64,000 bases of DNA from a virus (lineage: Duplodnaviria; Heunggongvirae; Uroviricota; Caudoviricetes): IMG/VR virus record IMGVR_UViG_3300013232_000486. One strand, 5' to 3'. Both the position numbers and the translations under genes were made by a program. The notes below the pieces were generated by a model. It was not told the origin of the DNA and searched no databases. It worked only from the letters and a program-made list of their open reading frames with translations. Shown piece after piece: positions 35,423 through 45,778 of the stretch (position 1 is the first letter of the stretch; the number at the start of each line of letters is the position of its first letter).

Positions 35423-38400
35423 ATGTTCCTAGTGACCAACGACAAAGTCGTCGACGCAAGCGGGCCGATTGACGAGATGAGGGCCTTGCTCGCCAAAGAC
35501 GAGTACAACTATGCTTGTTTCCTGTACTCTGACAAGCTTTCCGTCTTGTTCGACCAGGTCAAGCCAGAAAAGGTCAGGCTGATGGGAGACTGGGAAGGGC
35601 AGAACTTCTTCTTCCCAGAGGTTCCAACCGCATTTCTGTACCCGTCCGAGGATAATTACAAGTTTGCGAATGGATCGCCACTGGTTCACTTTTCGTGCCT
35701 GGGATGGGCCGCTGACAGCCCCCTTTGGACGGAGAACAGAATGTCAGAGGACAAGTATACCGAGAGGTTGCTGAACTTGTCCAAGTTCGCTTCGAAGAAA
35801 CGGCTATTCTTTTATGGAACCAAGCCACAGGAGGAGACTGGCGGGATAAGGAGGACTCGTCGTATCGAACAACTGTCCATCCTCAGCAACAGTGGGTTCA
35901 CCGTAGTTTCTACTGGTTTTGTACCAACCAAGGACAAAAAGCTAATCGACGCGATGGAAGAAGCAGAATGCTTTGCGGCTGTGGGGCTTGACGGACTGAG
36001 CATAGGATGCAAGAGGGATCACGAACTTCTTTTGTCTGCCGTTCCATTCATGCGGGTGACCCACAAGAAGGAATACCTCCGTTTCGTCGACCCTCTTCAT
36101 ACTGGTTGGGCAGTTTCAATTGATGGGATAAGGGACGTTCCAGGGATATGGAACGACATCAAGAACGGATTGTCTGATGGAACTTTGACGAGGAGATTGT
36201 TTGACGCAAGGGACATGTCGACGTACCTTATTGAAAACGTTCGGTTCATGCAAGTTCTTGACTCTGTGGCATTCAATCACAACATCACCGACAATATATT
36301 CAAGGGTCTTGCGCTAGACGAGCTGCCGCAAGCTGACGCCGTTAAGCAAGTACTGGAAAACGCCACGAAAGTAGCGGCGAGTCGAGTTGACGGATACTCG
36401 TTCTGTGACGCGCAAGGCGATACTCTACCAAACAAGTACTCTGTGCTAATACCAGACAAGTTCAAGGAAAACGTTCTTCCTTTGAGCCAGTCGCTCATCG
36501 TTTCGTCCAAAGGAAAGGAAACCCCGACCAAACCCAAGTTGTCTTTCATTATTCCGTGCATGGGAAGACTTGATCATCTCAAGCAAACTCTTCCTAACCT
36601 CTCGGCTCAAGTGGACTCGGAAGTCATTGTCGTGGACTGGTCTTGTCCAGAGAAGAGCGGAGAATGGGCCGCTCGTTGGCCTGCGACAAGGGTAGTCGAC
36701 GTGCTTGGAGAGAAGAAATTTAGTTTGTCGAAGTCCAGGAACATAGGAGCAAAGGCCGCTCGTGGAGAATGGCTTTGTTTCTTGGACTGCGACATGGTCG
36801 TCATTCCAGACTTTTCAAAGATCATCATCGACATAATCGTCAACAAGATCGAGCCCGTCGACGCCAAGGACGGCGAGATCAACTACTTCATTAGTTTCGG
36901 AACCTCCAACGAGGCTGGTCACTCGGGGATGACGACGTGTCGCAAGGTGGACTGGGAGGTCGTTGGCGGCTACGACGAGCAGATGGAGGGGTGGGGATGG
37001 GAAGACACCGACTTCAAGAAGCGTCTGAAGATCAAGGGCGTCCTGGAATTCCCAGTTGATAAGGGACTCGCAAGGCACATAGATCATGGAAACGAAGAAC
37101 GAACCAAGTACTACGACGACAAGGACCAGAACATCAGTCACGTCAGAAACCAAAAGTTGTCAGACGAGAAACTAGAAAACTTCAAGAACATGGGTGGGTT
37201 TTGGAGCGCCTCCCATGCCAACTGGACAGGGGCGTTGTTGTTCAACGCCAACGGGACGTTTGAGAGATATCGGCATCACGACAAGGGCAACTGGATGGTC
37301 GAGGGCAAGCAACTGGTGCTCAAATGGTTGCAGTGGCCGCCAGAAAAACTCGATGAACGAAGCCCTGGATACTACGTTGGGAACACGCTGAGGATCAAGA
37401 AGGTAAAGAACGGGATTGAAACGTGGGCCTCGTACTTCGAGCTCGGTGGAGGGCTTGGAGACAAGCTTTGCGCCTTGTCCGCCATCAAGGAATACGCCAA
37501 GAAGACCACGCAAAGAGTCAAAGTTTCCAATCCAGAGCTGGCCGACGTGATATCGGCATATGAAGACACCACCATGTCGTTTGGCCTTGGCGGCAAGAAG
37601 GTATTTTGTGATAACGGGTCAAAACATTTCGGAAGAAACTATTTCGAGGCATTCAGAAGCTCTCTCGGGATGCCACTAGGCTCTCTGCCACGACTGGATC
37701 TTCCGAGACTAAAGCCACATCCAGACTACGAACCAGGCTCGTACATAGTTGTTCAGCCAGTTGGAAACTCATGGGTCAACCTTCCAGAGGCGTCTCTGCA
37801 AGAGCTCGTAGACAAGTGTTCCAAAACGAGTAAGGTCATCGTTGTTGGTAATCCAAAGACGCCAAAAACATTGAAGGGTGTCGAATACATATTGGATCAC
37901 GACATACTGATCATGCTCAGGCTAATCAGCTACGCCAGGGCCGTCTTGACCCCTCATTCCGCCTCGGCTCACATCGCGGCTGGATACAACGTTCCTACCC
38001 TAATATGGGCCGACCTAGACCTAAGACATGAAATGCATTTTGAATATCCCGGATGGAACAAGATAAGGATATCCCCGCTGGCCACCGTCCCAGAGCTGTT
38101 GCGAGCCCTTGATGATCTGCTTAGCGGAAAGCAACTTGAGCCAATTGGACTAACCACGAAGACTTCTGGCCGTCTTGGAAACGAAATGTTCCAATATGCC
38201 GTCACACGTTTGTTGGCCGAAGCTGACGGCCTGGCGTTCAAGGTTCCTTGTCAACATGTCAACAAGGCTTATCCTAAACTGGAGATGGAACGCGGAACGG
38301 CAAGCTCGTACTTACACATATCAGGAGACCCGTACTACCACTCTTACGGCTCATGCGTTGATCTGGTCTTGGCTAATGCTGACAAGATGGCAGAATGGTT

Positions 38401-39727
38401 CCCCGTATCCGACTATGGACGCAAGATATTGGACTCGCATGGAAACCCGCCCGTCATTCATGTGAGGGGAACAGACTTCCAAGACATGGACTGGACGCTT
38501 GGACAGTTCTATTATGCCAGTGCGATCAAAAAGCTATCTTCCAAGCCAATCGTTATTACGGATGACCCAGAGTATGCAAGGGAACTCTTTCCAGACCTCG
38601 TGATCGTCAGTACCGAGGACGACTTCTCGGTTCTGGCCCACGCCACGGAACTGGTATGCAGTTATTCGAGCTTCTGCTGGTGGACCGCGTTCCTCGGTAA
38701 GCACAAGCTGGTTGTGGTTCCAGAAAAAGACGAGTTGTTCATAAGGTCCTCCACGGCATTGGAGTGGACGATGCTTCCTTGTGTACTTGGAGAGGGGGCC
38801 GTTCCCGCCGCCACCATGGCTCCAACTGATATAGACGTCACTGGAGAATGGAAAGTAAGTCACGCACAATGGTCTGACGTGATACGACTAGACAAAGATG
38901 GCTCGTTCATCAGAGAAAACGCAGCCTGGGACATTGGAACATGGGAGGCATCCGAGGGGAAGGTTGTCTTAAAGTGGAAGAGGTGGGACCCTGAGGAAGC
39001 CGTCATCAAGGACGGGAATCTAGTTGGGAAAAGGTTCGTGGCCACACGAAAATGGAAGCTCAAGAACCCGAAGATCTCGTTCTGTACAACTTGCAAGGGC
39101 AGGTTGTGGCAACTTGAACAGACGTACGTCAAAAACATCGAAACAGCCATCGCAGAGTATCCGAACGTCGAGTTCATTCTGTTGGACTACCGTTCTCCAG
39201 ATGGCCTTGAGGAATGGGCGAAGAAGAACTTGAGGACGTACGTTGACAAGGGAATCGTCAAGTACTTCAAGCTATATGACGACTTGCCTTGGCATGCTTC
39301 AAAGTCAAGAAACATGGCGCACCGAGTTGCCAGCGGAGACATACTGTGTAATCTCGACGCAGACAACTTCCTTGAGGAAGGCTATACGGTACGTCTTTCC
39401 ATGTACATTGGTCCGAAAATGGCATCAAGGATTGGAGGTAATAGGTCGCTTGGTGGCAGAATAGCCCTGTACAAGGGAGACTTCTATGACGTCGGAGGGT
39501 ATGACGAGTCTCTGGCCCCAATGGGACACTTGGATAACGACATTGAGAAGCGACTTGCCATGGCCGGTGTGGCTGTGTCTGTCTGGCCAGCCACGATTCT
39601 TCCAATACCAAACACTGATGAGCAACGGGCAGAGTTCTGTGGAATGTCCTACGAAGAATGCTGCAAGATCAGCCAGAAGAAGATGAACGAGAACTCATTC
39701 ATGAAGAGGGTAAAAGTGAACGAATAG
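35423..39727 (+). CDS. Giant multi-domain glycosyltransferase (unknown N-domain + GT2/GT7C + W-rich domain + GT9-like + GT11-like + W-rich domain + GT2/GT7C)
   Basis: SFIIPCMGRL..FLDCD..GGYDE..GWG.ED (~36530-37190); GGGLGD (~37440-38120); GRLGNEMFQYA..HVRGTDF..SSFCWW (~38160-38770); SFCTTCKGRL..NLDAD..GGYDE (~39070-39720). Confidence 0.85.
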   Translation: MFLVTNDKVVDASGPIDEMRALLAKDEYNYACFLYSDKLSVLFDQVKPEKVRLMGDWEGQNFFFPEVPTAFLYPSEDNYKFANGSPLVHFSCLGWAADSPLWTENRMSEDKYTERLLNLSKFASKKRLFFYGTKPQEETGGIRRTRRIEQLSILSNSGFTVVSTGFVPTKDKKLIDAMEEAECFAAVGLDGLSIGCKRDHELLLSAVPFMRVTHKKEYLRFVDPLHTGWAVSIDGIRDVPGIWNDIKNGLSDGTLTRRLFDARDMSTYLIENVRFMQVLDSVAFNHNITDNIFKGLALDELPQADAVKQVLENATKVAASRVDGYSFCDAQGDTLPNKYSVLIPDKFKENVLPLSQSLIVSSKGKETPTKPKLSFIIPCMGRLDHLKQTLPNLSAQVDSEVIVVDWSCPEKSGEWAARWPATRVVDVLGEKKFSLSKSRNIGAKAARGEWLCFLDCDMVVIPDFSKIIIDIIVNKIEPVDAKDGEINYFISFGTSNEAGHSGMTTCRKVDWEVVGGYDEQMEGWGWEDTDFKKRLKIKGVLEFPVDKGLARHIDHGNEERTKYYDDKDQNISHVRNQKLSDEKLENFKNMGGFWSASHANWTGALLFNANGTFERYRHHDKGNWMVEGKQLVLKWLQWPPEKLDERSPGYYVGNTLRIKKVKNGIETWASYFELGGGLGDKLCALSAIKEYAKKTTQRVKVSNPELADVISAYEDTTMSFGLGGKKVFCDNGSKHFGRNYFEAFRSSLGMPLGSLPRLDLPRLKPHPDYEPGSYIVVQPVGNSWVNLPEASLQELVDKCSKTSKVIVVGNPKTPKTLKGVEYILDHDILIMLRLISYARAVLTPHSASAHIAAGYNVPTLIWADLDLRHEMHFEYPGWNKIRISPLATVPELLRALDDLLSGKQLEPIGLTTKTSGRLGNEMFQYAVTRLLAEADGLAFKVPCQHVNKAYPKLEMERGTASSYLHISGDPYYHSYGSCVDLVLANADKMAEWFPVSDYGRKILDSHGNPPVIHVRGTDFQDMDWTLGQFYYASAIKKLSSKPIVITDDPEYARELFPDLVIVSTEDDFSVLAHATELVCSYSSFCWWTAFLGKHKLVVVPEKDELFIRSSTALEWTMLPCVLGEGAVPAATMAPTDIDVTGEWKVSHAQWSDVIRLDKDGSFIRENAAWDIGTWEASEGKVVLKWKRWDPEEAVIKDGNLVGKRFVATRKWKLKNPKISFCTTCKGRLWQLEQTYVKNIETAIAEYPNVEFILLDYRSPDGLEEWAKKNLRTYVDKGIVKYFKLYDDLPWHASKSRNMAHRVASGDILCNLDADNFLEEGYTVRLSMYIGPKMASRIGGNRSLGGRIALYKGDFYDVGGYDESLAPMGHLDNDIEKRLAMAGVAVSVWPATILPIPNTDEQRAEFCGMSYEECCKISQKKMNENSFMKRVKVNE

Positions 39728-39728
39728 C

Positions 39729-40463
39729 ATGGAAAAGGCCAGACTGGTGATGAATTGGGACAAAGATTTTCTGCTTCCAGAACAAGTCCCTATCATTGGA
39801 ACCTACCACGTTGCCATGATGAACGATTGGGTTCCTTTGGTTCAAGAGCAAGAGGCCCGACTAGTGAAATCTGGCTTATTAGGAGTCACCAGCAAGGTCT
39901 TTGTCGGAATGGTCGGCGATGCCGACGTAAAAAAATGGCAGATGACCACAGAGTTGTCTTCCAAAGCCTTGATCGTTCGAGATCCAGAGATAAAACACTG
40001 CGAGAACCCAACGCTGAACGCCTTGTATCAAGAGGCGCGGTCTTCCCCTTACTTTAAGGCATGGTACATCCATACCAAAGGGATTTCGTCTAGCCTTCGG
40101 ACAGTTGGAACCAAAGAAATGCCTGCTGGTGATCCAGAAGCGATCAGAGATTGGCGCTTGGTGATGGAATACTTTGTCATTGATCGATTCAAGGACTGCA
40201 TTTCCATCCTTAATCAATGCGACGTGTGTGGGGTCAAGCTGCAAAGAGAGCACCGTTACTTTAGTGGCAATTTCTGGTGGGCCAACTCGACTCACCTTAA
40301 AAGACTTCCACCCGTACTTGGAAAAGACAGGCTTTTTGCGGAGAAGTGGGTTGGGATGGCTCCCGGGATCCTTCGCAATCTATACAACTGTGAAGTTTCA
40401 TATACAAAGAGACTTCCAGAAGAAGAATACAGACCGTCATCAAAGGAGTTTGGTCATGGTTGA
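39729..40463 (+). CDS. Putative glycosyltransferase-like protein (YIHTKG..FSGNFWW family)
   Basis: WYIHTKG..DWR..MEYF..YFSGNFWWANS..AEKW, a pattern I associate with large-virus glycan clusters; N-terminal ARLVMNW. Confidence 0.5.
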   Translation: MEKARLVMNWDKDFLLPEQVPIIGTYHVAMMNDWVPLVQEQEARLVKSGLLGVTSKVFVGMVGDADVKKWQMTTELSSKALIVRDPEIKHCENPTLNALYQEARSSPYFKAWYIHTKGISSSLRTVGTKEMPAGDPEAIRDWRLVMEYFVIDRFKDCISILNQCDVCGVKLQREHRYFSGNFWWANSTHLKRLPPVLGKDRLFAEKWVGMAPGILRNLYNCEVSYTKRLPEEEYRPSSKEFGHG

Positions 40464-41148
40464 TATCTACTTCTTCGGCATGAGGCGCAGCGGCAACCAC
40501 GGAGTGATCAAACGGCTGCTTGGGCAGTTCGGTCACTTGGATCCAAGAGAAAACCTACGCGCCAAGGGGGTGTTCTACAACGACTACAACAATTCGTCCG
40601 AGGACTTGGTTCCCGTCGAGCCAAGAAAAGACGTGGTTCGCTTGATCAGCTATGAAGATGACGTGCGACTACTCAGCCGTGACCATAGAGACAAGCTTCT
40701 TAAAGACGAAGTCGGCATGAAGAAGCATTGTTTTGTGCTGCTAAGGAACCCATTGAACTGGTACGCCTCTTATGGGGTTCTTGGAAAAGAGTTTGGCTGG
40801 CCTCCACTGACCCCGAAGTCATGGAGCGTGGACACAACGATTGAGTACTTCGAGAGCTTTTACATAAGATCAAAAGACCCCAGAGTCCACCCAATCCTTT
40901 TTGATAAATGGTTTAAGGAACCCTCATACAGAAAGGCGATCGCAAGGATAGTCGTTAACACTCCAAATGATAGAGGGTTCGGGATAATGGATCCGCAAAG
41001 CGCTCCAAGTTCTTTTGAAGGACGGAAGCATGTTGATAGCGCCTCAAAACTTGGAGTATTGGAGAGGTGGAGGTCTATCCCAAAAGAAGAACTGGAAGAG
41101 CTTCTTAAGAACGAGCGACTAGTCAGGATAGTAAAGAGGCTTGGGTAA
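40456..41148 (+). CDS. Sulfotransferase-like protein (untagged paralog)
   Basis: FFGMRRSGNH (5'-PSB-like); LLRNPLNWYAS (3'-PB-like). Confidence 0.55.
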   Translation: MVDIYFFGMRRSGNHGVIKRLLGQFGHLDPRENLRAKGVFYNDYNNSSEDLVPVEPRKDVVRLISYEDDVRLLSRDHRDKLLKDEVGMKKHCFVLLRNPLNWYASYGVLGKEFGWPPLTPKSWSVDTTIEYFESFYIRSKDPRVHPILFDKWFKEPSYRKAIARIVVNTPNDRGFGIMDPQSAPSSFEGRKHVDSASKLGVLERWRSIPKEELEELLKNERLVRIVKRLG

Positions 41149-41149
41149 G

Positions 41150-41971
41150 ATGCCCTTTCAACCCGCCAAGCTTACAATGAATTGGGCTAACAAGATCGGG
41201 CTCGAAACAATCGGTGCTCCACAGTTTCCTGCGATTAAGGTCGCCCCCGACTCTTTGGCGATACTGAGGAATCGTCTCTACAAGACGATCCCAGCCGTCA
41301 TTCATTGCCCAGACATTAGCAAACCACACGGTGACGGTCGAAACGCCCTCATGCGAGACCTCATGTCGTCAAAGAATACGAAAGCTACCCTACCACCAAA
41401 TGTCTCGTTGGTAACATGGAGCAACAGGCCAAGCCCATCGCCACTTGAACTTCAATGTGATGCGATCGGACTGCCCATTCACGTGCTTGGAAAAGAGATT
41501 CGGGACTGGCGCAACGGTCTTAAAGGGCAGCTTTTGATTAAGTTTGCCAGATCTTCCGACAAGGAGTTTGTTGTGGCGCTTGACGCTTTTGACATAAAGA
41601 TACAAGGAGACCTCTCCCTTTGCGTAGCAGAACTAAATAAAATGGGATGCGGGGCGCTTTTCGGAGCAGAAACGAACTCGTATCCGAACGAGCTTCATTC
41701 AATCTTTGAATCGGAAAGGTATCGCTTTCCGTTTCGCTTTTTGAATTCTGGAATGATGATCGCAAGAAGTAATTTTCTTACGGAAATAGAAGACCAGGCT
41801 TGGGGGTGTTCAGACCAAGAGGTATGGCGAGACATTCACAGACAAAAATGGCCACAGATCAGCCTGGATGACGGATGTAACGTGTTCCAAAACATAAATT
41901 TAAGTGCAATATCTGCTAGTGTGGCAGAGATGTTTGAGGTAGTATATCCTGGAGAGTCCAAAGAGGCTTAG
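41150..41971 (+). CDS. PLOD-GT-like glycosyltransferase with the N-terminal FQPAKLxxNW tag
   Basis: VALDAFD..FGAE..FLNSG..DQ..W..LDD.C.VFQN. Confidence 0.65.
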   Translation: MPFQPAKLTMNWANKIGLETIGAPQFPAIKVAPDSLAILRNRLYKTIPAVIHCPDISKPHGDGRNALMRDLMSSKNTKATLPPNVSLVTWSNRPSPSPLELQCDAIGLPIHVLGKEIRDWRNGLKGQLLIKFARSSDKEFVVALDAFDIKIQGDLSLCVAELNKMGCGALFGAETNSYPNELHSIFESERYRFPFRFLNSGMMIARSNFLTEIEDQAWGCSDQEVWRDIHRQKWPQISLDDGCNVFQNINLSAISASVAEMFEVVYPGESKEA

Positions 41972-41975
41972 CTAG

Positions 41976-42833
41976 ATGTCATTCCAGCCTGCCAAACTCA
42001 CGATGAACTGGGCAGTCGACGTGGTCTGCGACGACAAGCTGAAACTCGTTCCGTACGAGGTACCAAAGAACAGGGAACGATTGCCGATACGGAAGCTCGG
42101 CCCTCTTCTACCAGATTCCGCATTCTCCGGGATCCTTGAGGTTCTTCGTGGCAAGAGATGGGCGTTCTTCCAGTTGCCTGGCAATGTCGGCGACTCAATG
42201 ATTGAGGAGGGGACGCAGCAACTGCTCAAGCGGAATAGTATTGTCATGAGCAAGTACAATGGAGACATACCAGAATGGGCAGAAGGGCTGCTTTTGTCTG
42301 GCGGGGGGAACATCGGAACAATCTGGAGTTACGAGCGAGTACGAAAGCCCCATTTCGACCAGGCAAGCGACAGGAGTTTGCCGATCGTCATATTGCCACA
42401 AAGCATATGCAATCCAGATGAGCGCATTCCAAAGAACGCGGTCGTATTTGTCAGAGAGGTCGAGTCGCTTAGGCACTGCCCAAAGGCACGTCTTGCGCCA
42501 GACATGGCCTTCGCGTTGACCACAAACCTCCAGTTATACTCGCCTAATAGAAAGAGGGGAGTCTTCTTGCGAAGTGACTGCGAGAGCGTTTTTGGGTCTC
42601 CGTTTGGAACTGATCCCGTCAACATCGCGAATGGATGGGTAGAATACATTAGGCTCGCCTCCGAGAATGAGGAGGTCGTGACTGATCGATTACACTTTAC
42701 GATGTGTTCGATTTTGGCTGGAAGAAAAACGACGATACTAAGAAACTCGTACCACAAAAACCAAAGCATGTGGGAAACGTGGCTGAAGAACATGGGGTGT
42801 CTGTTTGGGACCGAGACATCAGGAGATCAGTAA
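41976..42833 (+). CDS. Polysaccharide pyruvyltransferase (EpsI/YxaB-like) with the N-terminal tag
   Basis: PGNVGD; GGGNIG; ILPQS; FVRE..S; APDMAF; VTDRLH; NSYHK. Confidence 0.82.
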   Translation: MSFQPAKLTMNWAVDVVCDDKLKLVPYEVPKNRERLPIRKLGPLLPDSAFSGILEVLRGKRWAFFQLPGNVGDSMIEEGTQQLLKRNSIVMSKYNGDIPEWAEGLLLSGGGNIGTIWSYERVRKPHFDQASDRSLPIVILPQSICNPDERIPKNAVVFVREVESLRHCPKARLAPDMAFALTTNLQLYSPNRKRGVFLRSDCESVFGSPFGTDPVNIANGWVEYIRLASENEEVVTDRLHFTMCSILAGRKTTILRNSYHKNQSMWETWLKNMGCLFGTETSGDQ

Positions 42834-43612
42834 TGCCCTTCCAGACGGCGCGGCTTGATAGAAACTGGTCTACCGAGATCGCTGTAAAGTCTAGCGGGGT
42901 TCCGTCAAGTCCATCGGACGTGATTGACATTTACTTCTTCGGCATGAAACGCAGTGGCAACCACGGGGTGATAAAATGGCTGCTTGGGCAGTTTGATCAC
43001 CTAAATCCAGAAGACAACCTGCGCAGCAAGGGGATATTCCATAACGATTACAACAGCGTTTCCAGGTCACCGCTTCCAGAAACTCCGAGGAAAGACAAGG
43101 TTCGCCTGGTCAGTTATGAAGATGATGCACGGCTGCTGGATCGAGAATATAGGGACTCGCTTCTCCGTTCAGAACTAGGAATGACGAAGCATTGCTTTGT
43201 ACTTTTAAGGCATCCGTTGAACTGGTACGCCTCATACAAGGTTCTTGCTAAGCAATGGGGATGGTCCGAGCTTACACCGAAGTCTTGGCTCGTCGACATG
43301 ATGCTCAAGTACTTCGAGAATTTTCACATGGAATCAAAAGACCACAGAGTCTGCCCGATCATTTTCGACAAGTGGTTCAAGGATCCTTCGTATAGAAGAT
43401 CAATCGCGGCGACCGTCACAGACCGCCCCAATGACAGGGGATTTGGGTCTATGGACGCGCATAGCGTTCCGAGTTCGTTTGAGGGATGGACACATATCAA
43501 GAATGCCAAGGAACTCGGAGTATTAGAGAGATGGAAGTCAATCACAGAAGAAGAGCTAAAAGAACTCCTCGGGAACGAGCGCCTGGCCAGGATAGTTGAG
43601 GGGCTCATCTAA
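42833..43612 (+). CDS. Sulfotransferase-like protein (tagged paralog of 40456..41148)
   Basis: MPFQTARLDRNW plus a linker, then DIYFFGMKRSGNH..LLRHPLNWYAS. Confidence 0.55.
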   Translation: MPFQTARLDRNWSTEIAVKSSGVPSSPSDVIDIYFFGMKRSGNHGVIKWLLGQFDHLNPEDNLRSKGIFHNDYNSVSRSPLPETPRKDKVRLVSYEDDARLLDREYRDSLLRSELGMTKHCFVLLRHPLNWYASYKVLAKQWGWSELTPKSWLVDMMLKYFENFHMESKDHRVCPIIFDKWFKDPSYRRSIAATVTDRPNDRGFGSMDAHSVPSSFEGWTHIKNAKELGVLERWKSITEEELKELLGNERLARIVEGLI

Positions 43613-44457
43613 TGCCGTTTCAGCCATCTCGTCTTCTGATGAACTGGACTACGGAAGTTTGCATTAACAGCCGCGAAATTTCACGTGTCAACTTGCCTAG
43701 ACATGTAATTTTAGAGAACTCTAAAATTTGTTTAAGACCAAACGGATTCGGACTAGGGGACAAAGTATGCGCTTTGACCGCTACTAGAGTACTTGCAAGA
43801 TCCTATAACAAACAGTTTATTTTTGACGGACTTCCAGATATTATAGACGCCTACGGAGATAAGTTGGTTGAACGAGCAAACGGAACTAGTAATTTGACGT
43901 TCCAATGGAAAATGGACTGGATCGATACAAGAACCAACGGATTAAAATACGGAAATCTAGTTGGCGCATTTTTGTCAAGCATCGGCTTAGAGGCAATGAA
44001 GTTGAGACCAGAGTTGCCGCTATTTAAGCCAGAACTTACCGATAAAAGCTATATTGTGATTCAGCCATATGGTTGTTCCGTAGGAAATCCAAGTAAAACA
44101 TTCTTGCAAGCAGTTGTTAACGCAACAATAAGCGCTTTTCCAAATAAAAAGATAGTAGCTGTTGGTAGGGACACAGGAGAAGTTCTTCAAGGAATTGATT
44201 ACACGTTTCTTTCTGGATCTCTCAAGAAGATGTTCTCTTTGATACAACACTCGTTTTTGGCTTTAACTCCAAACTCAGCGACGGCACACATCGCGGCGGG
44301 ATACCAAGTGCCATCATTGATATGGATAAACTTTGGAAATAAAAATAACGCAGAACAAGTATATTTTTTTGATTACCCTGAATGGAGGAGACAGACGATT
44401 TCATTCTCCTCCATAGAATGCATTCGCAGTTCTATTTTAGAACTTTGTCAATCCTAG
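43612..44457 (+). CDS. GT9 (heptosyltransferase-like, GT-B) protein with the N-terminal tag
   Basis: GFGLGD..IVIQPYG..LTPNSATAHIAAGY.VP; paralogous to the GT9-like domain of the giant GT. Confidence 0.72.
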   Translation: MPFQPSRLLMNWTTEVCINSREISRVNLPRHVILENSKICLRPNGFGLGDKVCALTATRVLARSYNKQFIFDGLPDIIDAYGDKLVERANGTSNLTFQWKMDWIDTRTNGLKYGNLVGAFLSSIGLEAMKLRPELPLFKPELTDKSYIVIQPYGCSVGNPSKTFLQAVVNATISAFPNKKIVAVGRDTGEVLQGIDYTFLSGSLKKMFSLIQHSFLALTPNSATAHIAAGYQVPSLIWINFGNKNNAEQVYFFDYPEWRRQTISFSSIECIRSSILELCQS

Positions 44458-45778
44458 TAACCATCGACTCTGGGACTTTTTCGAATGTCCCAGCCCACAT
44501 CCGTACTCTCATCCCACCACTAACAATAGTAAAACCGAATGTATTGGGGCCTTCCCATTTGAAAAGCAGAGTCTGTCCATCCTTTGTGAATGAGTTCGTA
44601 GTTGCGCTCTTTTTAACTTTTCCGTCTTGCGTCAGGTCGCTTACACGTAACTCATATCCCGTACCGACCTTCTTGACCTGCAACGAAAGTGGATAGCTTA
44701 GCGCCACTTGCCAAGTTCCACTCCAATCTTGATTCTTGATCATATAGGCAATTAGGGCGCTTTGTCCAGCGCCTGCCCGACCCTTAATCTCGGCGCTGTT
44801 CCCAGATTCCTTCACCGCGATACGGACTGGCTGCGAATCTTTGAATCCCTCCTTTGCCGTCGCAACTACGGCATTCCCAGCGGGCAACTGAATCGTACAA
44901 GGAGCCACCGCAGGCTTCCCCGTCTTATCCATCACTGGCTTCCCGTCCACGAACACGCTCCAGCCCTCGCCCATCTCAGCGGATACAGTGACCTCCACGT
45001 CATACTTGGGGAACTCCATCTTCACAACGTCGGGCTTGGTAATGGCGTCACCCGCCACGACCTGAACCTCGGAATCCTCATACTTGTCCTTGCGCAGAAC
45101 CAGCGTCGTCGGCCCCTTGGGCAACTGAACCAGCGAAGGGGTCTTGGCCCCCGTGTCCCGAAGCTCGTTGTTCTGACGGACGAGGATCGACGCTCCGATG
45201 GGATTGCTCTGGACGTACACCTTCCCGTCACCCTTCTCAGCGGCTCCGACCACCTTGTTGGCGGGTTGCGCCACTTTGGCTTGCTGGAGGAACTTCAGGG
45301 ACTTCTCAAGGGCTTGATCCCCTTCGGGCGTCCCCTTGAAACGGCTGGCGACCTCAAAGTACCTGACCGCGACCAAGAAGCCATCCTTCTGGCTCTCCGC
45401 ATATCCGTCAACCTTGGCCAGCCACCCCTTGGCGTCCTCTGGCTTGACCGCCACAGCGACAACGGCCTCCATCTTGGCCACGGCAGCTTTTGCCACGCCG
45501 TTGCCTTTGGCGAGGAACATGTCGATCTGCGCGATGGTCATCTTCTTCTTGGCCCAGAAGAGGCAGGAGTTGACCTCCTCGGCCTCGGCGTCCTTGCCTT
45601 CGGCAATCAAGGCATCGGCTGCTTGAGAGAGGAAGCGGGCGGCGACCACGATCTGGTCGGGATCGGCCTGGGCCGCTCGGAGGGCCTCGATGCCCTTGGC
45701 TTTGAGTTCGGCTCCAGTTTCGCCCCCGAAGGCGGTTCCAAGGAAGGCCAGGACTAGGATCAGAATGACGGTTCGCAT
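44432..45778 (-). CDS. Secreted PEGA-domain protein
   Basis: Signal peptide MRTVILILVLAFLGTAFGG after GGAG; V.VQSNP.GA.I..G..TP..V.LP.G...L.L.K..Y. Confidence 0.72.
   Translation of the reverse strand: MRTVILILVLAFLGTAFGGETGAELKAKGIEALRAAQADPDQIVVAARFLSQAADALIAEGKDAEAEEVNSCLFWAKKKMTIAQIDMFLAKGNGVAKAAVAKMEAVVAVAVKPEDAKGWLAKVDGYAESQKDGFLVAVRYFEVASRFKGTPEGDQALEKSLKFLQQAKVAQPANKVVGAAEKGDGKVYVQSNPIGASILVRQNNELRDTGAKTPSLVQLPKGPTTLVLRKDKYEDSEVQVVAGDAITKPDVVKMEFPKYDVEVTVSAEMGEGWSVFVDGKPVMDKTGKPAVAPCTIQLPAGNAVVATAKEGFKDSQPVRIAVKESGNSAEIKGRAGAGQSALIAYMIKNQDWSGTWQVALSYPLSLQVKKVGTGYELRVSDLTQDGKVKKSATTNSFTKDGQTLLFKWEGPNTFGFTIVSGGMRVRMWAGTFEKVPESMVTRIDKVLK

Noticed and set aside
40174-40455. 5' extension of the first sulfotransferase-like ORF
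   Set aside because: It lies inside the upstream gene; the AAGGAG and coupled ATG at 40456 are more plausible, and the extension contains no tag.
44762-45757. 331-aa + strand ORF
   Set aside because: Antisense to the well-supported PEGA gene, which has a signal peptide and ribosome-binding site.
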